Shown here piece after piece: positions 56,328 through 64,000 of a DNA stretch of 64,000 nt. The stretch is from Acetofilamentum sp. (GTDB taxonomy: Bacteria > CAIWAD01): contig DYSB01000001.1 of the NCBI GenBank assembly GCA_020726405.1, forward strand, positions 7,440 through 71,439, in the 5' to 3' direction. Every line of letters begins with the position of its first letter. The first letter of the stretch is position 1. The notes beneath the pieces are model-generated. The model had not been told where the DNA came from. It worked only from the letters and a program-made list of their open reading frames with translations, and searched no databases. Both the position numbers and the translations under genes were made by a program.

Positions 56328-57024
56328 ATGTGGCCCTTCCTGATCGTCCACTGGTTCACCTCGCTGTTCTTCCAGACCTTCTACCATCACCGCTACGCGT
56401 CGCATCAAATGTTCAGCCTGACGCCGCGCACGGAGCGCGTGATCCACGTGCTGGCCTTCCTGGCCCAGAGTCCGTCCTTCCTCTAACCCCCGGGCCTACG
56501 CCATCCTGCACCGCCAGCACCACGCCTACAGCGACACGGCGCGCGACCCGCACAGCCCCGTCCGGCACCGCACGGTGATCGGCATGCTGCGCGACACCCT
56601 GACCCACTTCGACGCGGCCCGCCGGCGGGACAACCCCGAGATGGAGCGCCTGGCCGCCCACACGCCGGACTGGCCGGCCTTCGACCGCTTCGCGGACACC
56701 TGGACCACGCGCATCGCGTTGGGCGGCGTCTGGACACTTGTCTACCTGCTCTGGGCGCCCTCTCCCTGGTGGCTGCTGGCCCTGCCTGTCCACTGGCTGA
56801 TGGGGCCGATCCACGGCGCCATCGTCAACTGGGCGGGCCACAAGTACGGCTACGTCAACCACGGGGACACGGACGACCATTCCCGCAACACGCTGCCCGT
56901 GGACCTGCTGCTGCTGGGGGAACTCTACCAGAACCACCACCACCACGCGCCCACCCGGCTGAACTTCGCCCACCGCTGGTTCGAGCTGGATCCGGCCTAC
57001 TGGATCATCCGGCTGCTGGGCTGA
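56328..57024 (+). pseudogene. fatty-acid desaturase (membrane diiron, His-box family) interrupted by +1 frameshift and in-frame TAA
   Basis: ATG 56328 with AGGAGG RBS. His box 1 (FYHHRYASH), then TAA at 56484-56486 after 52 codons. The +1 frame continues through His box 2 (ILHRQHHAYSDTARDPHSP) and His box 3 (YQNHHHHAPTRLN) to 57024. Removing one nucleotide near CTCTAACCCCC would restore ...SPSFSNPRAYAILHRQHH. Confidence 0.6.
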
Positions 57025-57077
57025 CTGGGCGTGGTGCGGGCCCGACCCGGCGCCCGGTGAACCGCAGGGCGTCCCTG

Positions 57078-57113
57078 CAAAGAAAAAGCGGGGCGCGCTT
57101 CCGCGCACCCCGC
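57078..57113 (-). terminator. intrinsic terminator 3' of OMP paralogue 1
   Basis: Minus strand: GCGGGGUGCGCG-GAAG-CGCGCCCCGC followed by UUUUUCUUUG. Confidence 0.65.
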
Positions 57114-57139
57114 CTGGGTCCAACCGGCTGGACTGCCGC

Positions 57140-58192
57140 TTAGATCTTGAACTCGAAGTTGACGCGATAGTACGTCACCGCGTCTCGGTCGGAATCTTCA
57201 AAACTGGTCAGCCGCAGGTTGGGCGCGATGACCAGGCCCTTCACCGGGGACAACTTCACGCCCGCCAGGATGGTGGTCTCGTTGTTCTCGTCATCAGAGT
57301 CCGTGTCGGGGTCGTAGCGATCCAGCCGGGTGAAGGCCTCGAGGCCCGCCACCGGCAACTTGTAGTTGACCGTCACGCCCAGGATACTCTGGACCACGTC
57401 CGTCGCCCCCGTGGTGGTCTTGGTGTCATACTCCAGGCCCAGCCGAGCGCCCATTCCGGCCCAGCCTCCGAAGAGGCCCAGGACGGTCTTGTTCTCCACA
57501 TCATCCGCCGCCTGGAAGGGCTCCAGCGAGTAGGCCACGCCCGCGTTCCAGCCGTCCTTCTTGTTCAGCGCCTGCTCGCCGACGGACAGGTTGACTGAGT
57601 ACTTCTTGAATCGATCGTTCTCGGCCTTTTTGTAGCCACCCCCGTTGGCAATCATCGCGCTGGCCTTCACCAAGCCGAAATCCCTGCCCCAGCGCATGCC
57701 CAGGTCGGCGCTGCAGACGAAGTCGTGGGCGTCCATCAACGGCAGGTCCAGGAAACGGTTGCAGAAGGTGGCGTCCTGGGTGTAGTTCAGGTTGGTGGGC
57801 TGCACGCCGAATGTCCAGGTGCCCCAGTCCGTGCTCCAGTCCACGCAGGCATTCTTCACGTAGAGGTAGAAGCCCGCGTTCGAGCTGCTCAGGCTGTAGG
57901 TGTTGACGTCCACCACGTCGCCGTCGGAGTCCGTGAGCGTCGTGCTGCCGCTGGCCAGCGTGTAGCTCTTCAGCTGGCCGGCGTCGAACTGCACGCGGTA
58001 GGCCAGGTTGTCCGCTGGCTTGTCCGTCACGGTCAGGTAACTGCGGACGAAGTTGAATGCCCCGTCGCTGGTCCCGCCCTGGGTGGCATCATGGGTGTAG
58101 TCGAAGTAGATCAGGCTGCTGATGTCCGCCGCCAACAGGCCGCCTGCGGCCATGGACGAGAACACGACACTCAAGAGAATGCGCTTGGTCAT
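57140..58192 (-). CDS. outer-membrane beta-barrel protein of unknown function (paralogue 1, intact)
   Basis: 350 aa. Signal MTKRILLSVVFSSMAAGGLLAA. Alternating-hydrophobic beta composition rich in G/Y/T/N/D. C-terminal aromatic signature YYRVNFEFKI. Confidence 0.75.
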   Translation of the reverse strand: MTKRILLSVVFSSMAAGGLLAADISSLIYFDYTHDATQGGTSDGAFNFVRSYLTVTDKPADNLAYRVQFDAGQLKSYTLASGSTTLTDSDGDVVDVNTYSLSSSNAGFYLYVKNACVDWSTDWGTWTFGVQPTNLNYTQDATFCNRFLDLPLMDAHDFVCSADLGMRWGRDFGLVKASAMIANGGGYKKAENDRFKKYSVNLSVGEQALNKKDGWNAGVAYSLEPFQAADDVENKTVLGLFGGWAGMGARLGLEYDTKTTTGATDVVQSILGVTVNYKLPVAGLEAFTRLDRYDPDTDSDDENNETTILAGVKLSPVKGLVIAPNLRLTSFEDSDRDAVTYYRVNFEFKI

Positions 58193-58410
58193 GGTCGGCT
58201 CCTTTGTGGATGGGTGAGTTAGAATCCTGTTAAGCGCTCAGTCCCACCAGTTATCGGCAGAACTGTGGCCAATCTTCCAACCGCACGAATCCCGGTGGAA
58301 GCACCGGGCCAGGAGGCCGATTCCGGCACCTCCGTCCACAGGCAACAGGGAAACGCTCCCCCTCCCGCTCCCTGCCAGGGCCGGCCCGCCCGCCGCGCAA
58401 GGCTGGACGC

Positions 58411-58420
58411 GGGGGGGGGG
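58411..58420. repeat. homopolymeric G10 tract (C10 on the gene strand) in the OMP intergenic region
   Basis: gggggggggg at 58411-58420 flanked by c on both sides. ~220 bp upstream of the OMP paralogue 1 start and ~100 bp 3' of the degraded OMP paralogue 2. Confidence 0.9.
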
Positions 58421-58465
58421 CGAAAACTGCCCAGTGGAGGTGGCGGCCCGGCCGGACACACGAAC

Positions 58466-58489
58466 GGGGTGCGCGTCGCCGCGCACCCC
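58466..58489 (-). terminator. 10-bp GC hairpin 3' of OMP paralogue 2 (duplicate of the paralogue-1 terminator stem)
   Basis: GGGGTGCGCG-TCGC-CGCGCACCCC. The same GGGGUGCGCG...CGCGC(A)CCCC stem occurs in the terminator after paralogue 1. Confidence 0.45.
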
Positions 58490-58519
58490 GCAAGGCAATC
58501 GGACGGATCCGGCTGTGCG

Positions 58520-59527
58520 TCAGATCTTCAATTCGAAGTTGATCCGGTAGTAGGTCAGGGCGTCGCGGTCGGAGTCCTCGTAGGGAATGGTCTTCAGGTT
58601 CGGGGCGATGATCAGGCCCTTCACTGGCGCGTACTTCAGACCCAGGATGATCCCCGTCTCGTTGTTCTTGCTCTCGTCCAGGGGCGTGCCGGCGTTGTCG
58701 GTCACGTCGTCCGTGTTGGGATCGTATATGTCCAGGCTGCCGAAAACGGACAGGCCGGGGCGAAGGAGAGTTTGTAGTCGCCGTAGAGGCCGATGATCTG
58801 CTCGGTCAGGTCGGTGGCGCCCGTGGTGGTCTTGGTGTCGAACTCGGCCCCCATGCGCACACCCATGCCCGCCCAGCCGCCGAACAAACCCAGCACGGCC
58901 CGACCATCGTCGGCGTTGATGGCCTCGGTGCTGAAGGCCAGGCCGGCGTTCCACCCGTCGTTCTTGCCCAGGGCGGGTTCGCCGGCCACCAGCTGCAGGC
59001 TGAGCTTCTTGTACTTGTCGTCCTCGGCCTTCTTGTAGCCCACGCCGTTGGTGAACAGCAGGCTGGCCTGAATCAGCCCACCAAACCCGTTGCCGTAGCC
59101 GATGCCCAGTCCGCGCTGCTGGAGAAGCCGTTGGCATCCATCAGGGGCTTGGCCAGGACCGGTAACCCGAGGTGTTCTCCTGCACGTTGAACATGTTCAT
59201 GCCCTGCATGCCGAAGGTGAACTTGCCGTAGTCGGTCATCCAGTCCACGCAGGCGTTCTTGAGGAAGACTTCGAGGAACTTGTCGTTGTCGTCGGCCCCG
59301 TCCTTCATCCGCCCGACGTCGAACTGCAGCTTGTAGGACAGGTTGTCCGCCGGCTTGTCCGTGATCGTCAGGTAGGCGCGGGTGGTCTCGAAGGAACTGT
59401 CCTAGTCAACGCCTTGCGTGGCGTTGTGGGTGTATTCGTAGAAGATCAGGCTGCTGATCTCCGCCGCAACGGCACTGCCGGCGGCCAGGGTCGCGCTGGC
59501 GACACACACGAGTAAGCGATTGGTCAT
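58520..59527 (-). pseudogene. outer-membrane beta-barrel protein paralogue 2, degraded (in-frame amber plus frameshifts)
   Basis: ATG 59527 with AAGGAG RBS. MTNRLLVCVASATLAAGSAVAAEISSLIFYEYTHNATQGVD, then TAG at codon 42 (59402-59404). Homology to paralogue 1 continues in pieces across three frames (e.g. 58702..59043 GYKKAEDDKYKK...GLFGGWAGMG; 58520.. ...YAPVKGLIIAPNLKTIPYEDSDRDALTYYRINFELKI). Confidence 0.6.
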
Positions 59528-59572
59528 GGTCGACTCCTTGGTCAACGGGTGATTCAAGCTCCGCTTCGTCGG

Positions 59573-60298
59573 TCAGCATGACTGGTCCCCGGCACGATCA
59601 TCGCGATCCTTCCACACGCGCAGATCGCGCAGGGCGCCGTGGCGCGGGATTTCTCCTGTCGCCATGTAGATCACGTCTTCGGCGATGTTGGTGGCGTGGT
59701 CGGCGATGCGCTCCAGGCTGCGGCTGACGCTGATCGCGCGCATCAGGCACTCGATGCGCTCCAGGCTGCGGGCGCCCTGATCCGCCGCCAGGGTATCCTG
59801 GATCGTCGAGCGGAACAGCGAGTACAGGTGGTCCACGTCGTCGTCGGCGGCGCAGACCCGCAAGGCCAGCTGGCTGTCCTGGCGCATCAGGCTGTCCAGG
59901 CCCTGGTGCAGCATGTCCTGGCTGCGGCCGGCCAGCCGCAGCAGGATCTCCGTCAGGCGCGGGTCGCCGTCCAGGTTGATCTTGCCCGCGTTGCCGGCGA
60001 TGTTCACGGCCAGGTCGCCGATGCGCTCCAGGTCGTTGTTGAGCTTGAGCACGCCCACCAGCAGGCGCAGGTCCGTGGCGACGGGCTGATGCAGTGCCAG
60101 CACCTTCAGGCACTCCTCCTCCACCTCCACCTCGGCCAGGTCGATGGCCCGGTCGCCTTCGATCACGCGCACGGCCAGGGTCTCATCGCGGGTCATCACG
60201 CTCTGCAAAGAGTCGGCCACGGCGCGCTGCACCGTGCGGCCCAGCTCCTCCACGCGCTCCTTGAGCCGGTCCAGGGCGTGCAGCATGTGCTTGGTCAT
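59573..60298 (-). CDS. phoU: phosphate-transport regulator PhoU
   Basis: 241 aa, two PhoU repeats (ERIGDLAVNIAGNA and ERIADHATNIAEDV). Confidence 0.9.
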   Translation of the reverse strand: MTKHMLHALDRLKERVEELGRTVQRAVADSLQSVMTRDETLAVRVIEGDRAIDLAEVEVEEECLKVLALHQPVATDLRLLVGVLKLNNDLERIGDLAVNIAGNAGKINLDGDPRLTEILLRLAGRSQDMLHQGLDSLMRQDSQLALRVCAADDDVDHLYSLFRSTIQDTLAADQGARSLERIECLMRAISVSRSLERIADHATNIAEDVIYMATGEIPRHGALRDLRVWKDRDDRAGDQSC

Positions 60299-60316
60299 GG
60301 TCTCCTCCGCGCGGAA

Positions 60317-61120
60317 TCAGCCGAAGCGGCCGGTAATGTAGTCATTGGTCTGGGCGTGTTCGGGCTTGGTGAACAGGCGCCGGGTCTCGTTGAATTCGAT
60401 CAGGTTGCCCTCGTAGAGGAAGGCCGTGTAGTCCGAGACGCGCGCCGCCTGCTGCATGTTGTGGGTCACGATCACGATGGTGTAGAGGTCGCGCAGCTCG
60501 GTGATCAGGTCCTCGATGCGCGAGGTGGAGCGCGGGTCCAGGGCCGAGGCGGGCTCGTCCATCAGCAGGACGGTGGGCCCCACGGCCAGGGCGCGGGCGA
60601 TGCAGAGGCGCTGCTGCTGTCCGCCGGAGAGATCCAGCGCGCTGGACTTCAGCCGGTCCTTCACCTCGTCCCAGAGCGCCACGCGCTTCAGGCAGGTCTC
60701 GACAATCCCGTCCAGCTGTTGGCGCTCACTCTGGCCGTGCACGCGCGGCCCGTAGGCCACGTTGTCGTAGATCGACTTGCTGAAGGGATTGGATTTCTGG
60801 AAGACCATGCCCACTTCGCGGCGCAGGTCTTCCAGGGCCGTCTCCGGCGCATGGATATCCTTGCCGTGGACCTCGATCCGGCCCTTCACGCGGCAGTCGG
60901 GAATCAGGTCGTTCATGCGGTTGAAGCAACGCAGCAACGTGCTCTTGCCGCAGCCCGAGGGGCCGATGAAGGCCGTCACCCGGCGGACCGGGATGCGCAG
61001 GTCGATGCCGTGCACGCTGCGCGCGGGTCCGTACCAGACCTCCACGCCAGTGGCCAGTACAGCGGTCTCCGTCTCCTCCAGTGCCGCGCGCTCGATCACT
61101 TGCGGTTTCATCAGTTCCAT
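60317..61120 (-). CDS. pstB: phosphate ABC transporter ATP-binding protein
   Basis: Track ORF 60317..62761 is chimeric; only the last 267 aa from the ATG at 61120 (MELMKPQV) form PstB. Walker [10 protein letters not shown], signature [14 protein letters not shown], Walker B LLMDEP. TAATG overlap with the pstA stop. Confidence 0.93.
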   Translation of the reverse strand: MELMKPQVIERAALEETETAVLATGVEVWYGPARSVHGIDLRIPVRRVTAFIGPSGCGKSTLLRCFNRMNDLIPDCRVKGRIEVHGKDIHAPETALEDLRREVGMVFQKSNPFSKSIYDNVAYGPRVHGQSERQQLDGIVETCLKRVALWDEVKDRLKSSALDLSGGQQQRLCIARALAVGPTVLLMDEPASALDPRSTSRIEDLITELRDLYTIVIVTHNMQQAARVSDYTAFLYEGNLIEFNETRRLFTKPEHAQTNDYITGRFG

Positions 61121-62727
61121 TAAAACGCCGCCTGTTTGTAGCGCTTGCGCAGATGGTTGCGCAGCAGGATGGCCGTCAGGTTGAGCAGCAGCACGATGCC
61201 GATCAGCAGCAGGGCCGTGCCAAAGAGCATGGGCTTGGCCGCCTCCACGTTGGGGCTCTGGAAGCCCAGGTCGTAAATGTGGAAGCCCAGGTGCATGAAC
61301 TTGCGGTCCAGGTGCAGGAAAGGCGCGTCGCCGTCCAGGGCCAGGCTGGGCGCCAGCTTGACCACGCCCGTGATCATCAGCGGGGCCACTTCGCCAGCGG
61401 CGCGGCTGACCGCCAGAATCAGGCCCGTCAGGATGCCCGGCATGGCATTGGGCAGCACCACCTGGCGGATCATCTGCCAGCGCGTGGCGCCCAGCGCCAG
61501 GGCGGCCATGCGCGTGGTGCGCGAGACGGCGCCCAGGCCTTCCAGCGTGGCCACCACCACCACGGGCAACGTGAGCAGCGCCAGGGTCAGGCTGGCCCAG
61601 AGGATGCCGCCCGTGCCGAAGGTGGGCTCGGGCAGGCGCTCCGGAAAGAAGGCCGCGTCCAGCGTGCCACCGGTGAAGTAGATGAAGAATCCCAGCCCGA
61701 AGATGCCGAACACGATGGAGGGCACGCCGGCCAGGTTGTTGACGGAGAGCCGGATCAGCCGCACCACCAGGCCCTGGCGCGCGTAGTCGTGCAGGTAGAC
61801 GGCGGTCATCACGCCCAGCGGCGCGGCGGCCAGGGACATCAGCAGGACCATCAGCACTGTGCCGAACATGGCCGGCCAGATGCCGCCCGCGGTGTTGGAT
61901 TCCCGCGGGTCCTCCGTCAGGAAGCCCCAGAACCGGCGGCCGTACAAGCGTAAGCGGCCCAGCATGCCGAGTTCGTTGGTCGGCACCCAGCGCACCACTT
62001 GCAAAAGCGGCAGATCGGATTGCGAGCCGTCCGCCGTGTTCAGTCGCAGGGTCCAAAGGTTGGCGGCGGCGCGCAGGCTGTCCAGGCTGCGCTCCAGCCC
62101 GCTCAGGCGCAGCGCGCTGGCGTCCAGCTTCTCCTGCAAGGCCGCGACCCCGGCCGGACTCGCCTGCCGGCGTTCCAGCTCTTCTTCCCAGCGGCCGCGC
62201 TTGAGGGACAGGCGCCGGGCCCGCTCCTGCTCGCGCAACAGTTGTTCGTCCAGTTCCCCCACCCGCTCCACGGCCAAGTCCAACTGGCGGCGCAGGCGGG
62301 GCGAGTCGCCCTGGATCTCCACGCCCGGCCCGGACAGGCCGTCCAGCCAACCCAGGAAGACGCCGTTCTCGTTGCGTTCCACCAGCACGGCGTCCCGGGG
62401 CCGCGTGATGGCGGCGATCTCCGACTGGTCCAGCAGGATGATGTCCTGGCCCGTCAGTTCGCGGTTGCCCACCCGCAGCCGCAGGCGGCCGCCCTCCGGC
62501 GTCTCCAGCCGCTCCCAGATCTCGCCCAGCAGCACAGTGCCGTCCTTCAGCTCGAAGCGCTCCAGCCGCTGAGGCCAGAAGGCCGCCAGCCCGCGGGAGA
62601 GAATCAACCAGAGCACGAGGAGCAGCATCAGCAGGATCAGCACCAGGCCCAGCCCGGTGACCATCACGGGCACGCTGTCCCGCGAGCCGGAGCGGCCCTT
62701 GACCGGATGCGGCGTGCGCGCGCTCAC
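61120..62727 (-). CDS. pstA: phosphate ABC transporter permease PstA (long form with large periplasmic loop)
   Basis: 535 aa. TM1, then a ~230-aa periplasmic insert, then a C-terminal PstA core ([31 protein letters not shown]). Confidence 0.88.
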   Translation of the reverse strand: MSARTPHPVKGRSGSRDSVPVMVTGLGLVLILLMLLLVLWLILSRGLAAFWPQRLERFELKDGTVLLGEIWERLETPEGGRLRLRVGNRELTGQDIILLDQSEIAAITRPRDAVLVERNENGVFLGWLDGLSGPGVEIQGDSPRLRRQLDLAVERVGELDEQLLREQERARRLSLKRGRWEEELERRQASPAGVAALQEKLDASALRLSGLERSLDSLRAAANLWTLRLNTADGSQSDLPLLQVVRWVPTNELGMLGRLRLYGRRFWGFLTEDPRESNTAGGIWPAMFGTVLMVLLMSLAAAPLGVMTAVYLHDYARQGLVVRLIRLSVNNLAGVPSIVFGIFGLGFFIYFTGGTLDAAFFPERLPEPTFGTGGILWASLTLALLTLPVVVVATLEGLGAVSRTTRMAALALGATRWQMIRQVVLPNAMPGILTGLILAVSRAAGEVAPLMITGVVKLAPSLALDGDAPFLHLDRKFMHLGFHIYDLGFQSPNVEAAKPMLFGTALLLIGIVLLLNLTAILLRNHLRKRYKQAAF

Positions 62728-64000
62728 GAGATCCTCCCGTGGCTCTTGCGCAGGCGCTCACCGATCCAGCTGGCCGCGCTGTTGATGACGAACGTGAACA
62801 GGAAGAGCAGCAGGGCTGTCAGGAAGAGCAGGCGGTAGAGCGTGCTGCCCATGGGCGCCTCGGGGATCTCCACGGCGATGCACGCGCTCATGGCGCGGAA
62901 GCCGTTGAGTGGACTGATGTCCATCACGGGCGTGTTGCCCGTGGCCATCAGCACGATCATTGTCTCGCCGATGGCCCGGCCCAGGCCGATCATGATGGCC
63001 GCGAACACGCCCGCCGCGGCGCCGGGCAATACCACGCGGGCCACGGTGGTCCAGCGCGAGGCCCCCAGAGCCAGCGAGGCGCTCACCAGCGCGTCCGGCA
63101 CGTTGGAGAGGGCGTCCTCGGCCATGGTGAAGATGATCGGGATGACCGCGAAGCCCAGCGCGAAACCCACCACCAGGCTGTTGCGCTGATCGTAGACCAC
63201 GCCGGCCTTCTCCTGCAGCCAGACGATCAGGTTGCCTCCGAAGACCACAGAGTCCAGCCAGGGCGCCAGGCCATAGGCCAGGCCCAGGGCGAGCAGACTC
63301 AGCACTAGGCCCTGGGCCAGCTGCGGCAGGCCTTTGGGGCCCAGCCTGTGGCCCGGGATCCGCGCCCAGACGGGGACCATCGCCAGGATCAGCAGGGGCA
63401 GCAGCACCACGAAGGCCAGCAGGGCCGTGAAATGCAGCTCGAGATAGGGGGCGAAGACCAGTCCCGCCAGGAAGCCGATGATCACGCTGGGCAGCGCGGC
63501 CATGATCTCGATGGCGGGTTTGATGCTGCGCGCCAGCCAGGTGGGCGCGAACTGGGAGATGTAGATCGCCCCCAGCAGGGCCAGCGGCACGCTGATGAGC
63601 AGCGCGAAGAACGTGCCCTTGAGAGTGCCGAAGATCAGTGGCAGCAGGCTGAACTTGGGCTCGAAATCGTCCCCGCCGCCCGTGGACTGCCAGACGGACT
63701 GGCGGCCCTCGTAGGATTCGTACTGCAGGCGCCCGAACAGCGCGCGCCAACTGACTTCCGGGTGCGGGTTGGCGAGTTCCACGGCCTGCAGCAGGCCCGG
63801 TCCCGCCAGTACCAGCGCGTCGCCCCGCGGCCCGAACGAGGCGGTCGTCGCGCCCAGCTCCGCTTCCAGCAGCGTGCGGCCGGTGGTCACGTAGTGCAGG
63901 ATCCCGTGACCCGCGGCGTCCAGCGACACCAGGCTGCGGTCCCGCGGGCCGGGCAGCAGGCGCGTGATCGCCGCCGTGTGGCCCGTCAGGGATTCGCCGG
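62724..64000 (-). CDS. pstC: phosphate ABC transporter permease PstC, long form (5' end beyond window)
   Basis: Permease core at the C-terminus ([51 protein letters not shown]). The reading frame stays open upstream of the GTG at 63929 to the window edge with no stop, and the first ~110 residues are non-membrane, so the true start with TM1 lies beyond 64000. Confidence 0.85.
   Translation of the reverse strand, partial: GESLTGHTAAITRLLPGPRDRSLVSLDAAGHGILHYVTTGRTLLEAELGATTASFGPRGDALVLAGPGLLQAVELANPHPEVSWRALFGRLQYESYEGRQSVWQSTGGGDDFEPKFSLLPLIFGTLKGTFFALLISVPLALLGAIYISQFAPTWLARSIKPAIEIMAALPSVIIGFLAGLVFAPYLELHFTALLAFVVLLPLLILAMVPVWARIPGHRLGPKGLPQLAQGLVLSLLALGLAYGLAPWLDSVVFGGNLIVWLQEKAGVVYDQRNSLVVGFALGFAVIPIIFTMAEDALSNVPDALVSASLALGASRWTTVARVVLPGAAAGVFAAIMIGLGRAIGETMIVLMATGNTPVMDISPLNGFRAMSACIAVEIPEAPMGSTLYRLLFLTALLLFLFTFVINSAASWIGERLRKSHGRIS

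Noticed and set aside
60317-62761. 814-aa track ORF
   Set aside because: It is a chimera. Only the last 267 aa (from ATG 61120) are PstB. The upstream part is an Arg/Gly/Pro-rich out-of-frame read across pstA, whose real product is ORF 61120..62727.
1-64000. CRISPR arrays, rRNA genes, prophage or integrase/transposase genes
   Set aside because: No regularly spaced direct repeats with unique spacers were found. No rRNA-like conserved stretches and no recombinase or transposase-like ORFs were seen. The only repeats are the palindromic spacer family, the MITE-like element, the 8-mer tandem and the G10 tract.

Overview
A high-G+C bacterial chromosomal segment (roughly two-thirds G+C by eye) from a Gram-negative organism, with almost all genes on the minus strand. 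Many long plus-strand ORFs in the track are Arg/Ala/Gly/Pro-rich antisense artefacts and were discarded. Several track ORFs begin with GTG (shown as M).

From low to high coordinate the window contains:
1. zapA with an adjacent coiled-coil gene and a possible 6S-like RNA (1-876).
2. The conserved thrS-infC-rpmI-rplT-pheS-pheT cluster (854-7731).
3. tRNA-Val, then a MITE-like AT-rich element with 19-bp perfect terminal inverted repeats (7825-8174).
4. An exopolysaccharide locus (8194-16598): wbaP-like, wza-like and rfbB, followed by four translationally coupled membrane-protein genes of no family I can name.
5. tRNA-Ser, ybjQ and tadA (16798-18060).
6. A complete, co-directional ~17 kb type IVa pilus locus (18745-35558): pilD, pilC, pilB, pilQ, pilP, pilO, pilN, pilM, a 625-aa membrane protein, two tandem pilin-like paralogues, a small membrane protein, pilT and pilA. 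A 985-aa Ig-domain, Cys-rich lipoprotein is inserted between pilQ and pilB.
7. A TonB-dependent-receptor-like OMP, class I fumarase, folE, nth, a DUF309 gene and a PAS hybrid histidine kinase (35950-44385).
8. A divergent PP2C phosphatase / Ser-Thr kinase with TPR tail / GAF histidine kinase operon (44674-50433).
9. A decay-rich region (50485-59530): tandem lipoprotein and OMP paralogue pairs with one copy of each degraded, rubrerythrin plus nfnAB-like oxidoreductase, a frameshifted desaturase and a PAS-GAF remnant.
10. phoU-pstB-pstA-pstC, with pstC running off the window end.

Three copies of a palindromic intergenic repeat built from CGAAG-type decamers sit directly after stop codons, at 3287-3413, 12291-12472 and (diverged) 52603-52713. 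The leading novel-system candidates are the four-gene membrane module in the EPS locus, the Ig-domain/Cys-rich pilus-locus lipoprotein with the minor-pilin set, and the STP-STK-HK signalling operon. No CRISPR array, rRNA, integrase or transposase was seen.
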